IMG/VR virus record: IMGVR_UViG_3300006428_000045
Span: 1-50,242 of that record
DNA length: 50,242 nucleotides
Source of the DNA: a virus
Taxonomy: Duplodnaviria; Caudoviricetes
Reading direction: 5' to 3' (one strand)
In this document: positions 37,273 through 45,817 of the stretch, piece after piece
Layout of the letters: every line of letters begins with the position of its first letter
How positions within the stretch are numbered: position 1 is the first letter of the stretch
Position numbers and translations under genes: made by a program
The notes under the pieces: model-generated
What the model was told of the DNA's origin: nothing
The model's database searches: none
Seen by the model: only the letters and a program-made list of their open reading frames with translations

Positions 37273-37596
37273 GTGGCGTATATCGTAAAGGCTTATGAGC
37301 CGAAAGCAATCAACCTCGCGCCGGAAACGACGGTTGAAGAGGTTTTACAGAATGTCGCAATGATCGTTTCCACCCCGAAATTCTCCGTTCCGCTTGACCG
37401 CGGGCTGGGGCTTGCGCAACGGTTCGTTGACAAACCGATTCAGGCCGCGCAATCAATCTTGATTTCGGAGGTTTTGGACGCGGTGGAAGAATACGAACCG
37501 CGGGCGGAAGTGGAGAACGTGACATTCGAGTTAGGAGAAAAGCCCGGAACATTGATTCCAGTTTTGGAGGTGAACATAGTTGGCGACGACAGTTAG
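37273..37596 (+). CDS. Baseplate wedge gpW/gp25 family
   Basis: STPKFSVPLDRGLG..YEPRA. Confidence 0.85.
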   Translation: MAYIVKAYEPKAINLAPETTVEEVLQNVAMIVSTPKFSVPLDRGLGLAQRFVDKPIQAAQSILISEVLDAVEEYEPRAEVENVTFELGEKPGTLIPVLEVNIVGDDS

Positions 37597-38707
37597 AAAC
37601 TACCCGGAAATATCTTTTGTTGACACGGATACAGACACGCTTGTGAATGCCCTGATTCATTCTTACGAAGCGTTCACGGGCCGCACGCTGTACCCGGCGG
37701 ACCCGGCACGGCTTTTCATTTTATGGATTGCCGACATTATCATTCAAGAACGCGTCAACATTGATTTTTCCGCGAAGCAAAATGTACCGCGGTATGCGGA
37801 GGGCGATTATCTCGATTCCCTCGCAGAATTGTTCAAAGACGCTTACCGACTGGAACCCGAAAAAGCGCAAACGACGCTACGGTTTACGCTGTCCGTTGCG
37901 CTGGAGGTTGCAACCACAATTCCGGCAGGAACGCGCGTCACCGCAGACGGCGAAGTTATCTTTGAAACCCTGAAAGCCTTGACGATTCCGGCGGGAACGC
38001 TGACCGGGGACGTCGCGGCGGAGTGCATGACGGCGGGAACAATCGGGAACGGCTTTGTTCCGGGGCAGATCAGCCAGCTTGTTGATATTTTCCCGTATTT
38101 CGGGTCCGTTCAAAATGTGTCCGAATCGGACGGCGGCGCAGACAAGGAAAGCGACGCGGCATTTTATGAACGAATGCGGGAGAGCGTCGAAACATTTTCC
38201 ACCGCCGGGCCGCTGGGCGGCTATGAATTCTATGCAAAATCAGCGTCGGCCCTGATTGCAGATGTAAAAGCAACGTCGCCCAGCCCCGGAGAAGTTGACG
38301 TGCGGGTTCTGCTTTTAGGCGGGGAACTTCCGGGCGAAGAGGTATTGAAAGAGGTTTCAGACATTCTTTCAGCGGACGCGGTGCGCCCCCTTACCGATCA
38401 TGTCACCGTTGCCGCGCCGCAAGCGGTATCCTACAACCTCGACTTTACTTACTACACGCAGACGGGCGGCGCTATCAGCGACAGCGCGGTGGCCGAAAAC
38501 ATCAATACGGCGGTTAAGCAGTTCAAAGAGTGGCAGGCCGCAAAAATGGGGCGGGACGTGAACCCGTCTTATCTCATTCAACTGTTGATGCAGACGGGCG
38601 CGAAGCGCGTTGAAGTGCGTTCCCCCTCTTTTGCCGCCGTCGCAGAAAACGCCGTTGCGCAGATCGGCGAAACGACGGTTGTAAACGGGGGTGCAGAGAG
38701 TGAATAA
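37580..38707 (+). CDS. Baseplate J/gp47 protein
   Basis: YAEGDYLD, GGADKESD, STAGPLGGYEF, VRPLTD. Confidence 0.92.
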   Translation: MATTVRNYPEISFVDTDTDTLVNALIHSYEAFTGRTLYPADPARLFILWIADIIIQERVNIDFSAKQNVPRYAEGDYLDSLAELFKDAYRLEPEKAQTTLRFTLSVALEVATTIPAGTRVTADGEVIFETLKALTIPAGTLTGDVAAECMTAGTIGNGFVPGQISQLVDIFPYFGSVQNVSESDGGADKESDAAFYERMRESVETFSTAGPLGGYEFYAKSASALIADVKATSPSPGEVDVRVLLLGGELPGEEVLKEVSDILSADAVRPLTDHVTVAAPQAVSYNLDFTYYTQTGGAISDSAVAENINTAVKQFKEWQAAKMGRDVNPSYLIQLLMQTGAKRVEVRSPSFAAVAENAVAQIGETTVVNGGAESE

Positions 38708-39371
38708 CAACGACCTGTTTTCAATCGACTTTACCCGTTCGCTTCCTCTGCCCCTGAAAAATGACGCGAATATGCTTGCACTGGCGAACGTCATTGCGGA
38801 ACAATTGCAGGACACGGCCCGGCAGATCGAAAAGAACGTCATATACGCCCGCGTTGACGAACTGGACGAACAGACGCTTGATATTCTCGCCTATGATCTT
38901 CACGTTGATTGGTACGATTACAATTACCCCGTTGACGTGAAGCGGGCAACGATTAAGAACAGCGTAAAGATACACCGCAAGATGGGGACGAAATATGCCG
39001 TTGAAGCCGCGCTGGGGGCCGTGTTCCCCGGAACAACCGTGAAAGAATGGTTCGAGTACGGCGGACAACCGTATATGTTCAAAATCATCATCGGGGCGAC
39101 CACGGCGGGCATTTCGGCAGACAGACAAGCGGCGGTTTTGGAGCGGGTGGGGTTCTATAAAAATCTCCGTTCACACCTTGAAGCGATCAGCTATCAGATA
39201 GAAAAACGCACGACGGTACAGGTTGCCGCCGTGCATTCCGTGGGAACGCGGCTGGAGGTCTACCCGTATCTTGCCCGCGATATGGAATCCCGCGGCGGCG
39301 TTTGCTATGCAGGCTTCACACAGTACGCAAGAAAGCTTGAAATCTATCCGAACGAAGTGTTCGGCGAATAG
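38700..39371 (+). CDS. Tail protein I (P2 gpI-like)
   Basis: LDILAYDLHVDWY, HRKMGT, EWFEYGGQPY. Confidence 0.88.
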   Translation: MNNNDLFSIDFTRSLPLPLKNDANMLALANVIAEQLQDTARQIEKNVIYARVDELDEQTLDILAYDLHVDWYDYNYPVDVKRATIKNSVKIHRKMGTKYAVEAALGAVFPGTTVKEWFEYGGQPYMFKIIIGATTAGISADRQAAVLERVGFYKNLRSHLEAISYQIEKRTTVQVAAVHSVGTRLEVYPYLARDMESRGGVCYAGFTQYARKLEIYPNEVFGE

Positions 39372-39385
39372 GAGGTATAAAGAAA

Positions 39386-40267
39386 ATGCCTGATACTCAA
39401 AAAACATACGGAACCGTTGTTACCGACGTAGGCGTTGCACTTATTACCGCGGCGGCAATGGAGGGGAAAAAGGTCAATATTACCCAGCTTGCCGTGGGCG
39501 ACGGCGGCGGCGCATATTATCAGCCCGTCCCGGCTATGACCGCCCTTAAAAATGAGAAGTGGCGGGGCAACGTAACCAGCGTTTCAATCAATGAGCAATC
39601 CCCGAACATGATTGACGTTGTGGCGGTTGTACCGTCCAGCGTAGGCGGGTGGACCATTCGGGAAATGAGCGTTCACACAGACGTAGGGGACATGGTGGCC
39701 GTCTGCAATACCCCGGACACGGAAAAAGTGATTATCACGACGGGCGCGGCGGGTGAAATCGAACTGACAATGCACATTGAGGTTTCCAATACTGGCGTTA
39801 TTTCGTTCGTGATCGACCCCACCGTAATCACCGCGACGAAAAAGGACCTTGAAACGCATAACGCGTCGGCAAAGGCCCACGAAGCGCAGTTTGCAAATAA
39901 GGCCGATCTTACAGCCCTGAACGCGCACGCAAATAACACAGATATTCACGTGACCCCCGCAAAAATGGAGAACTACGACACCGCAATTGCAGGATTGATT
40001 GCCCACACAGAGGACACCGACATTCACGTTACCGCGGCGGAGCGGGCCACATGGAACACGGGAGCGCAAACAGCGGCGCAGGCCGCGGAGAATGCGTCGG
40101 ACGCGCTAAACCGGGTTGCAAGCCTTGAAAGCCGCGTTGCCCGCGTCGAGGACGGTTTATTCAACAATATCACAGGGAATCCGTATCTTGTGTCCTTTGA
40201 TTCTATCGACGGAATCACGCTGACAAAGGGCATTTGGAACGCGGCACGGCAGAGAATCGAATGTTAA
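39386..40267 (+). CDS. Short tail fibre protein (P2 gpH-like N-terminus)
   Basis: AVGDGGG, VGGWTIRE, DPTV; two H..xTDIHVT repeats; short C-terminus. Confidence 0.82.
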   Translation: MPDTQKTYGTVVTDVGVALITAAAMEGKKVNITQLAVGDGGGAYYQPVPAMTALKNEKWRGNVTSVSINEQSPNMIDVVAVVPSSVGGWTIREMSVHTDVGDMVAVCNTPDTEKVIITTGAAGEIELTMHIEVSNTGVISFVIDPTVITATKKDLETHNASAKAHEAQFANKADLTALNAHANNTDIHVTPAKMENYDTAIAGLIAHTEDTDIHVTAAERATWNTGAQTAAQAAENASDALNRVASLESRVARVEDGLFNNITGNPYLVSFDSIDGITLTKGIWNAARQRIEC

Positions 40268-40521
40268 CCGAATTCGCCTGTACTCGCCGGGAACTATCGT
40301 GCATCATTGGAAATCTGTTTACGGAGATTGAACCGCCTTGCGAAAGGTGCGGGGGCGCTGACGATCTGACAATCAGCGGGACCACCTACACCGGGAGCCG
40401 GGCGGCTTTAATTCTTACGAAGCACGGGTTTTTATATGACGGCGACCCGGAAGAGATAAAAAGAATTAGAAAAAGGCGGTGCTTACTTGAACCAGCAAAC
40501 AAAACCGGGAAATCAATCTGA
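40261..40521 (+). CDS. Small hypothetical protein upstream of avd
   Basis: ATG overlaps tail fibre end; Cys-containing (PPCERC). Confidence 0.6.
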   Translation: MLTEFACTRRELSCIIGNLFTEIEPPCERCGGADDLTISGTTYTGSRAALILTKHGFLYDGDPEEIKRIRKRRCLLEPANKTGKSI

Positions 40522-40918
40522 ATTCGTAATTATCACAAAGGCAAAAGATTTAGTCAAGCACACATTCTTAATGACGAATGAGCGGCGTTTTCCAAAGAAA
40601 TACCGCTTTACCATTGTAAACCGCTTGCACGATTTGACGCTTGACATATTCCAACACATACAGGAAGCGAACGAACTTGATCTTTCAGACCCGCAGGAAT
40701 ACCGGGAACGGAGATATGAGCAAAAGAAAGCCCTTACGAAGTGCAAAACCGTTCTTTTCCTGATTGAATTATCCTTTGAAAGCGGCTTAATTTCAACGGA
40801 ACAATGCGCCGCATGGTCTAAATATGTCCTTGACGTAAAGTACATGACGGCGAAGTGGCGCAAGCAGGACCGGGAACGCGCCGCAACCATGCTAAAAGGA
40901 AACGTGCCGCGGCGGTAA
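40487..40918 (+). CDS. avd: DGR accessory variability determinant (Avd, four-helix bundle)
   Basis: FPKKYRFTIVNRL, IQEAN, basic helical ~140 aa; immediately upstream of TR. Confidence 0.85.
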   Translation: MNQQTKPGNQSEFVIITKAKDLVKHTFLMTNERRFPKKYRFTIVNRLHDLTLDIFQHIQEANELDLSDPQEYRERRYEQKKALTKCKTVLFLIELSFESGLISTEQCAAWSKYVLDVKYMTAKWRKQDRERAATMLKGNVPRR

Positions 40919-40950
40919 CGCCCGGCGTTTTTCTTGGGGTGTGCTTTGTA

Positions 40951-41042
40951 GCGTCTAACTCGTACAACGTCCGCAACGTCAATTCTTCCGGCGCGCTGAA
41001 CAACAACAACGCGTACAACGGCAACAACGGCGTTCGCCCGCT
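40951..41042 (+). repeat. DGR template repeat (TR)
   Basis: Intergenic between avd and RT; 11 AAY and 2 TAC triplets; matches both VRs. Confidence 0.95.
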
Positions 41043-41290
41043 CTGATGGAAACCGGGAATGAGTAAGCGAAAGCTGAAAGCAGAGGACCATCTATCAAAG
41101 GAAAGCGCATCCCTCCGCCGTGGTGACAGCACGGTGGTAAATACAAGATTGGAGAAGCAAGGCCCACGGGAACCGGCTTCCGCCCCGCCGTGGACGCGCG
41201 GCGGGGTCCGATGATGAAGCATTGCAACAGCCCCGGCGCGCGTGCGCTGGGGCGCTCTACTGCAACCGCAAGGCGGATTCTATACACGGC
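41043..41290 (+). ncRNA. Structured TR-RT spacer (3' part of the DGR RNA)
   Basis: GC-rich stems CCGCCGTG/CACGGTGG, CCCCGCCG/CGGCGGGG, GCCCCGGCGC/GCGCTGGGGC, CCGC/GCGG. Confidence 0.55.
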
Positions 41291-41304
41291 AAGGAGTTTT
41301 TTAT

Positions 41305-42426
41305 ATGCAAAACGCAGATTTCAAGCGGGTTTATGATCTGGGGAACCTATACGCCGGATTCTTGAAAGCCCGCAGGGGCAAACGGAACAAAGAAAGCGTC
41401 GCAAAATTTGAAGCGAATCTTCTTGAAGCCCTTTGCCTGCTTTCGGAAATGCTGAAAACCAAAACTTATAAACCGTCTGATTATTTCACGTTCCGGGTCT
41501 ATGAGCCGAAAGAACGAATTGTAATGACAAACGCGTTCAAAGACAAGGTAGTTCAGCATTCCCTATGCGACAACATACTTGAACCGATCTTCACGCAAAG
41601 CTTTATTCTTGACAACTATGCTTCACAACGGAAGCGCGGGACACACCGCGGCATATACCGCCTTGAATCGTTCATGCAGTCTTATTTCTTTGAACGGAAA
41701 GCACGGGCGGAGCGGGAGCGGAAAGCCGCGGGAATGCCGCCCGTTAAGGTGCAAGACGGAGGATACGCCGACGGGTGGGTTCTCAAATGCGACATATCAA
41801 AGTATTTCTATTCAATCCAGCACGAACCCCTAAAAGATAAGGTGCGGAAATTCATTCAGGACCCCGATATTTTGTGGCTTACCGATATGATTATTGACAG
41901 CACCGACAACCCCGGAATTCCTATCGGCAATCAAACTTCACAATGGTTCGCAATTATGTACCTTTCGGACATGGACCATTTTATCAAAGAGAAGCTGGGC
42001 ATTCGCTATTATGGGCGGTACATGGACGACTTTTATTTGATACACGAAGACAAAGCGTACTTGCAATATTGCCGCGGGGAGATTGAACGCTATGTTACCG
42101 CGCTGGGGCTTCACCTGAACAATAAAACCAACATTTTCCCTTTGCGGAACGGGCTTGATTTTTTAGGGTTCCACACCTATTTAACCGACAGCGGAAAGGT
42201 AATTCGGAAGATTAGGAGGAAAAGCAAATGTAACGAACAACGGAAGATGAAAAAACAGCGGGCCTTACTGGATAAAGAAAAGATAACGCTTCCAGATGTT
42301 GAACAATCCTATCAAAGCTGGAGAAGCCACGCCATGAAAGGCAACAGCTATCATCTTGTCCGGGACATGGACCGCACTTTTGAAAATCTATTCAAGGAGA
42401 GTGAAACAGAATGTCACAAGCATTGA
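41305..42426 (+). CDS. DGR reverse transcriptase
   Basis: YEPKER, FKDKVVQH, LKCDISKYF, GIPIGNQTSQ, YGRYMDDF, LDFLGF; no endonuclease domain; AAGGAG RBS. Confidence 0.95.
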   Translation: MQNADFKRVYDLGNLYAGFLKARRGKRNKESVAKFEANLLEALCLLSEMLKTKTYKPSDYFTFRVYEPKERIVMTNAFKDKVVQHSLCDNILEPIFTQSFILDNYASQRKRGTHRGIYRLESFMQSYFFERKARAERERKAAGMPPVKVQDGGYADGWVLKCDISKYFYSIQHEPLKDKVRKFIQDPDILWLTDMIIDSTDNPGIPIGNQTSQWFAIMYLSDMDHFIKEKLGIRYYGRYMDDFYLIHEDKAYLQYCRGEIERYVTALGLHLNNKTNIFPLRNGLDFLGFHTYLTDSGKVIRKIRRKSKCNEQRKMKKQRALLDKEKITLPDVEQSYQSWRSHAMKGNSYHLVRDMDRTFENLFKESETECHKH

Positions 42427-44132
42427 GCGCGCTGGCCAACGGGGTGTTGGTCAAAGATACCGGGACGCTCTACAACGGAAAGCCTATTATCTGGAAGATT
42501 GCAGATAAAGGGCATTCGGGCTACCCGTCCGGGTCCGTGACGCTGATTACGGATAAGATTATTTCTTTGAAGTGCTTTGACGCTATGGAATCCGGCAACA
42601 GCGACGGCAACCGTCAAACCTACGGAAACAACCGTTATATCTATGCAAACCTCCGCAAATGGGCCAACAGCGGGGCCGCGGCGGGCGCATGGTACGCCGC
42701 ACAGCACGGAGCGGACGCGCCGCCCTCGAACGCGAACGTGTGGAGCAACTACAACGAATACGATCAGGAAGCCGGATTTTTAGCCGGATTCTCCGCAAAC
42801 ATGGTTGCCGCCCTGCTTGCCACAACCCACACCGTAGGCAAAGCAAGCGTAGACGGCGGCGGAACTGAAACTTGCACGGACAACATTTTCTTTGCGTCCT
42901 GTACGGAAGTCGGCTTATCCGGCGACGCGGTATGCGGCACAAAGCTGGCGTTATTCGGCGACGACGCTTCCCGCGTTGCATACCCGACGGCGGAAGCGGT
43001 AAGCAAAAGTGAATACGTTGATTCCACAAATTTAACAGTGTCAAAGCCGTGGTATTGGTGGCTTGCCGACGCTTACGCGTCTAACTCGTGCAGCGACCGC
43101 AACGTCTATTCTTCCGGCGCGCTGGGCAACAACAACGCGTACTACGGCAACAACGGCGTTCGCCCGCTTTGTAATTTGTCCTCTTCAATCTTGGTATCTG
43201 ATACCGCAGATTCGGACGGTGCTTACACTATCGTTTGGAACCGCGCCCCAACCGCCCCGGCGACGATCACCGTTCCGGCGACGATTCGCGGCGGTGAAAA
43301 TGCCGCCGTAAGCTGGGACGCATCGACCGACGCGGACAACAATTTGTCGGGCTATATCCTAGAGCGGCAGTATAACGGCGGTGCATGGACCCAGCTTTAT
43401 AAGGGCATCAACCGCACGTTCACCGATGCAATCACGTTCGGGTGGACCTCCGTTGCATATCGGGTTAAGGCTTACGACAGCGCGGGGGCTGAATCGGCGT
43501 ACACGACCAGCGCGACGCGAACGGTAGTAAATAACCATGCGCCGACAATCAGCGGGGCCGATGGGGATTTAGGAACGAAAACCGGGGCTTTCAATCAAAG
43601 CTACACAATTACCGATACCGACAGCGGGCAAACCCTGACGGCGGTTGAGAAGATCGACGGCGTACAGAAGCGAAGCTATACCGCAACCAGCGGACAAGCC
43701 TATTCATTCAACGTGACCGCGGCGGAATGGGTGAAGCTTCTGAACGGGTCCCACACCCTGACGATCACGGCGACGGATGATTTAGGAGGTACGGCGACCC
43801 GTACTTACACATTCACGAAGAATGAAACGGAAATTGAGTTGACGCTGACGACCCCGCTTGCCGCTGACGATATGGTTACAAAGGCAATTATGAGCGTCAC
43901 CCGGCAGATTCCGGCGGGTGCGACGTTCACGGTTGAGGTATGCAACAACGGCAACGACGTTTCCCCCACGTGGGAGGACGTAACGCAGGCCGTCACAAGC
44001 GGCAGTAAGTTCTTTTTCACCAACACGACAAAAACAGCCGCCGCATGGGGCTTCAACTTCCGAATCAAGGTAAATCGGAACGGGGCCACCGGGGACTGCT
44101 TTATTGTTTCGGCGGGAGGTAATTTTGAATGA
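42411..44132 (+). CDS. DGR target: N-terminal CLec-like variable domain followed by FN3/Ig-like domains (probable adhesin/receptor-binding tail protein)
   Basis: VR1 at aa ~223-253 (WWLAD...NGVRPLC), then NRAPTAP..VSWDAS..YRVKAYD (FN3) and further beta-rich domains; in tail module. Confidence 0.88.
   Translation: MSQALSALANGVLVKDTGTLYNGKPIIWKIADKGHSGYPSGSVTLITDKIISLKCFDAMESGNSDGNRQTYGNNRYIYANLRKWANSGAAAGAWYAAQHGADAPPSNANVWSNYNEYDQEAGFLAGFSANMVAALLATTHTVGKASVDGGGTETCTDNIFFASCTEVGLSGDAVCGTKLALFGDDASRVAYPTAEAVSKSEYVDSTNLTVSKPWYWWLADAYASNSCSDRNVYSSGALGNNNAYYGNNGVRPLCNLSSSILVSDTADSDGAYTIVWNRAPTAPATITVPATIRGGENAAVSWDASTDADNNLSGYILERQYNGGAWTQLYKGINRTFTDAITFGWTSVAYRVKAYDSAGAESAYTTSATRTVVNNHAPTISGADGDLGTKTGAFNQSYTITDTDSGQTLTAVEKIDGVQKRSYTATSGQAYSFNVTAAEWVKLLNGSHTLTITATDDLGGTATRTYTFTKNETEIELTLTTPLAADDMVTKAIMSVTRQIPAGATFTVEVCNNGNDVSPTWEDVTQAVTSGSKFFFTNTTKTAAAWGFNFRIKVNRNGATGDCFIVSAGGNFE
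43077..43168 (+). repeat. DGR variable repeat VR1
   Basis: 92 nt align gap-free to TR 40951-41042; 7 mismatches, 6 at TR adenines. Confidence 0.95.
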
Positions 44133-44617
44133 GCGTACAGCACAGAGAAGACAGCATAAGAAACATTCGGCTGGAGCGGATGGGCATTACTCCGCCGGAC
44201 GACTGGAACAACGTTGAACAGGTCCGGGGCGCGAAGAAAGCGGAGATCGGCGCGGCGTGTTCGGCGGTGATCTATGCAGGCGTTGACGTGGACGGGAAGC
44301 ATTACAGCTTGACCGAACACGATCAAACGGAGATTATGGCACAGCTTGAAACCGTGAAAGGCGGCGCGGCGGCGGTCCCCTATCACGCCGACGGCGAGTT
44401 GTGCAAGATGTTCACCGCGGCGGAGTTCACAGCCGTAGCGACCGCGGCAACGAATCACATTTTCTATCACCGTACCTACTGCAACCACGTGAACGCATGG
44501 ATAAAGCGGACGGGCCTTGCAGACCTCCCGGCGATCACCTACGGCGCAGAACTCCCAGCGGACCTTGCGGAGAGTATGGCGGCGATCATCAAAGCCGCGG
44601 GAGGCGGCGCGGCATGA
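44129..44617 (+). CDS. Tail-associated protein (DUF4376-like)
   Basis: YSLTEHDQ..PYHADGELC..ITYG. Confidence 0.6.
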   Translation: MSVQHREDSIRNIRLERMGITPPDDWNNVEQVRGAKKAEIGAACSAVIYAGVDVDGKHYSLTEHDQTEIMAQLETVKGGAAAVPYHADGELCKMFTAAEFTAVATAATNHIFYHRTYCNHVNAWIKRTGLADLPAITYGAELPADLAESMAAIIKAAGGGAA

Positions 44618-45090
44618 AACGAATCTTAATGATTTGGGCGCTTCTTGGCGCGGCTTACGTCGCCCTTGAAGTGTGTTTCCGGGGACATTCTCACCCGGCA
44701 ATGTTGATTGTCGGCGGCTTATGCGGGGTCCTTGTGGGGGCCATCAATCAAATACCGCGCTTTTATCGCGCCCCGGTTGTCCTGCAAGCGGCAATCGGGG
44801 CCGTGATCGTTCTTGCCGTCGAATTCGTGAGCGGGTGCGTGCTGAACTTATGGATGGGGCTTGCCGTTTGGAATTACAGCAACCAGCCCGGAAACGTGCT
44901 GGGGCAGATTTGCCCGGCGTTCGGCCTGCTATGGTTCTTTATCATGCCGCTTGCGATATGGGCGGAGGACACGGCCCGGTGGCTGATTTGGGCGTATGAA
45001 TGCGCGGTGTACGGAAGATATGAAAAGCCGCCCGGAATTTCGCCGTATTCGCTGGAAAGCGTTTATAAGGATTTCTTTCACGGGAGGTAA
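44614..45090 (+). CDS. Multi-pass membrane protein (CmpB/DUF1113-like)
   Basis: YVALEV..RGHSH..GG, EFVSG, VWNYS..GQIC. Confidence 0.65.
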   Translation: MKRILMIWALLGAAYVALEVCFRGHSHPAMLIVGGLCGVLVGAINQIPRFYRAPVVLQAAIGAVIVLAVEFVSGCVLNLWMGLAVWNYSNQPGNVLGQICPAFGLLWFFIMPLAIWAEDTARWLIWAYECAVYGRYEKPPGISPYSLESVYKDFFHGR

Positions 45091-45096
45091 GGAACG

Positions 45097-45414
45097 GTGA
45101 CGGTTTATCAATGGTTGTGTCTGATTGGGATTCCAACCCTGATTATCGGTGTTTTCAAATACATTATCACGATGGTAAAGAAGAACGCCACTGACACTTT
45201 GGCAGTAAAAACGGGGATTCAGGCGCTTTTAAGAAGTCAAATGATCTGCGACTTCAACAAGTATTCAGAAAAGGGCTATGCGCCGATCTATGCGCGTGAC
45301 AGCTTTGAGAACTGCTGGAAACAGTATCATTCTTTGGGTGTAAACGGGGTAATGGACGATTTGCACGAACGCTTTTTAGAATTGCCGACAGCCCCGGAAC
45401 ATGAGAGAACATAA
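45097..45414 (+). CDS. Holin-like/lysis-associated membrane protein
   Basis: N-terminal TM; GIQALLR..YHSLGVNG. Confidence 0.6.
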   Translation: MTVYQWLCLIGIPTLIIGVFKYIITMVKKNATDTLAVKTGIQALLRSQMICDFNKYSEKGYAPIYARDSFENCWKQYHSLGVNGVMDDLHERFLELPTAPEHERT

Positions 45415-45432
45415 AGAAAGGCGGTGCGGGCA

Positions 45433-45804
45433 ATGTGGTATTTTATCAGCGTTGCCGCCGGAATAATTGCCGGAATAGCCGCCGTTGCAATGATCGAGAG
45501 CAAACGCAGACGGAAACGCCGCCGCAAAGAAGAAAAGAGGACCGCGCGGAAGATTGAGTTTTCAAAACTCTTTCTTTCGGCGGTCCTCTTAACGTACTTT
45601 GTCGGATTCGGAATTGCTGTATGGGCCGTTACAATCGACATTTCGCAACTTGGGGTTTTCCTCGCTTACGTCGGGACCCCGACGGCAACGGCTATCGGTT
45701 TTTATTCGTGGAAAGCAAAGGCGGAAAATGTCGTGAAGATTAAGCAGGCACACCCGAAAGCAACGGAGGGAATGCCCGTTGACCTGAACAACATTCAACC
45801 GTAA
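45433..45804 (+). CDS. Holin-like membrane protein
   Basis: Three hydrophobic segments; EFSK..FYSWKAKAEN. Confidence 0.6.
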   Translation: MWYFISVAAGIIAGIAAVAMIESKRRRKRRRKEEKRTARKIEFSKLFLSAVLLTYFVGFGIAVWAVTIDISQLGVFLAYVGTPTATAIGFYSWKAKAENVVKIKQAHPKATEGMPVDLNNIQP

Positions 45805-45817
45805 GGAGGGCTTACAA

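Larger units (their letters stand above)
40487..43212 (+). mobile_element. Diversity-generating retroelement (avd-TR-spacer-RT plus proximal VR1; remote VR2 at 8569-8654)
   Basis: All canonical components present; adenine-specific TR/VR mismatches. Confidence 0.96.

Noticed and set aside
40855-41046. 63-aa ORF spanning TR, and (AAC)n as a microsatellite
   Set aside because: Open frame and AAC runs are inherent properties of a DGR template repeat; overlaps avd and lacks an RBS
41043-41095. Hammerhead ribozyme (CTGATG...GAAA)
   Set aside because: Core reads CUGAUGG rather than CUGANGA, and I could not build the three stems; an Infernal/Rfam search would settle it
41305-42426. Group II intron, retron or Abi RT
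   Set aside because: Avd, TR and two A-mutated VRs identify a DGR; no intron domain V/VI, maturase/endonuclease extension or retron VTG motif seen
43805-44701. 298-aa minus-strand ORF
   Set aside because: Antisense to well-supported tail genes
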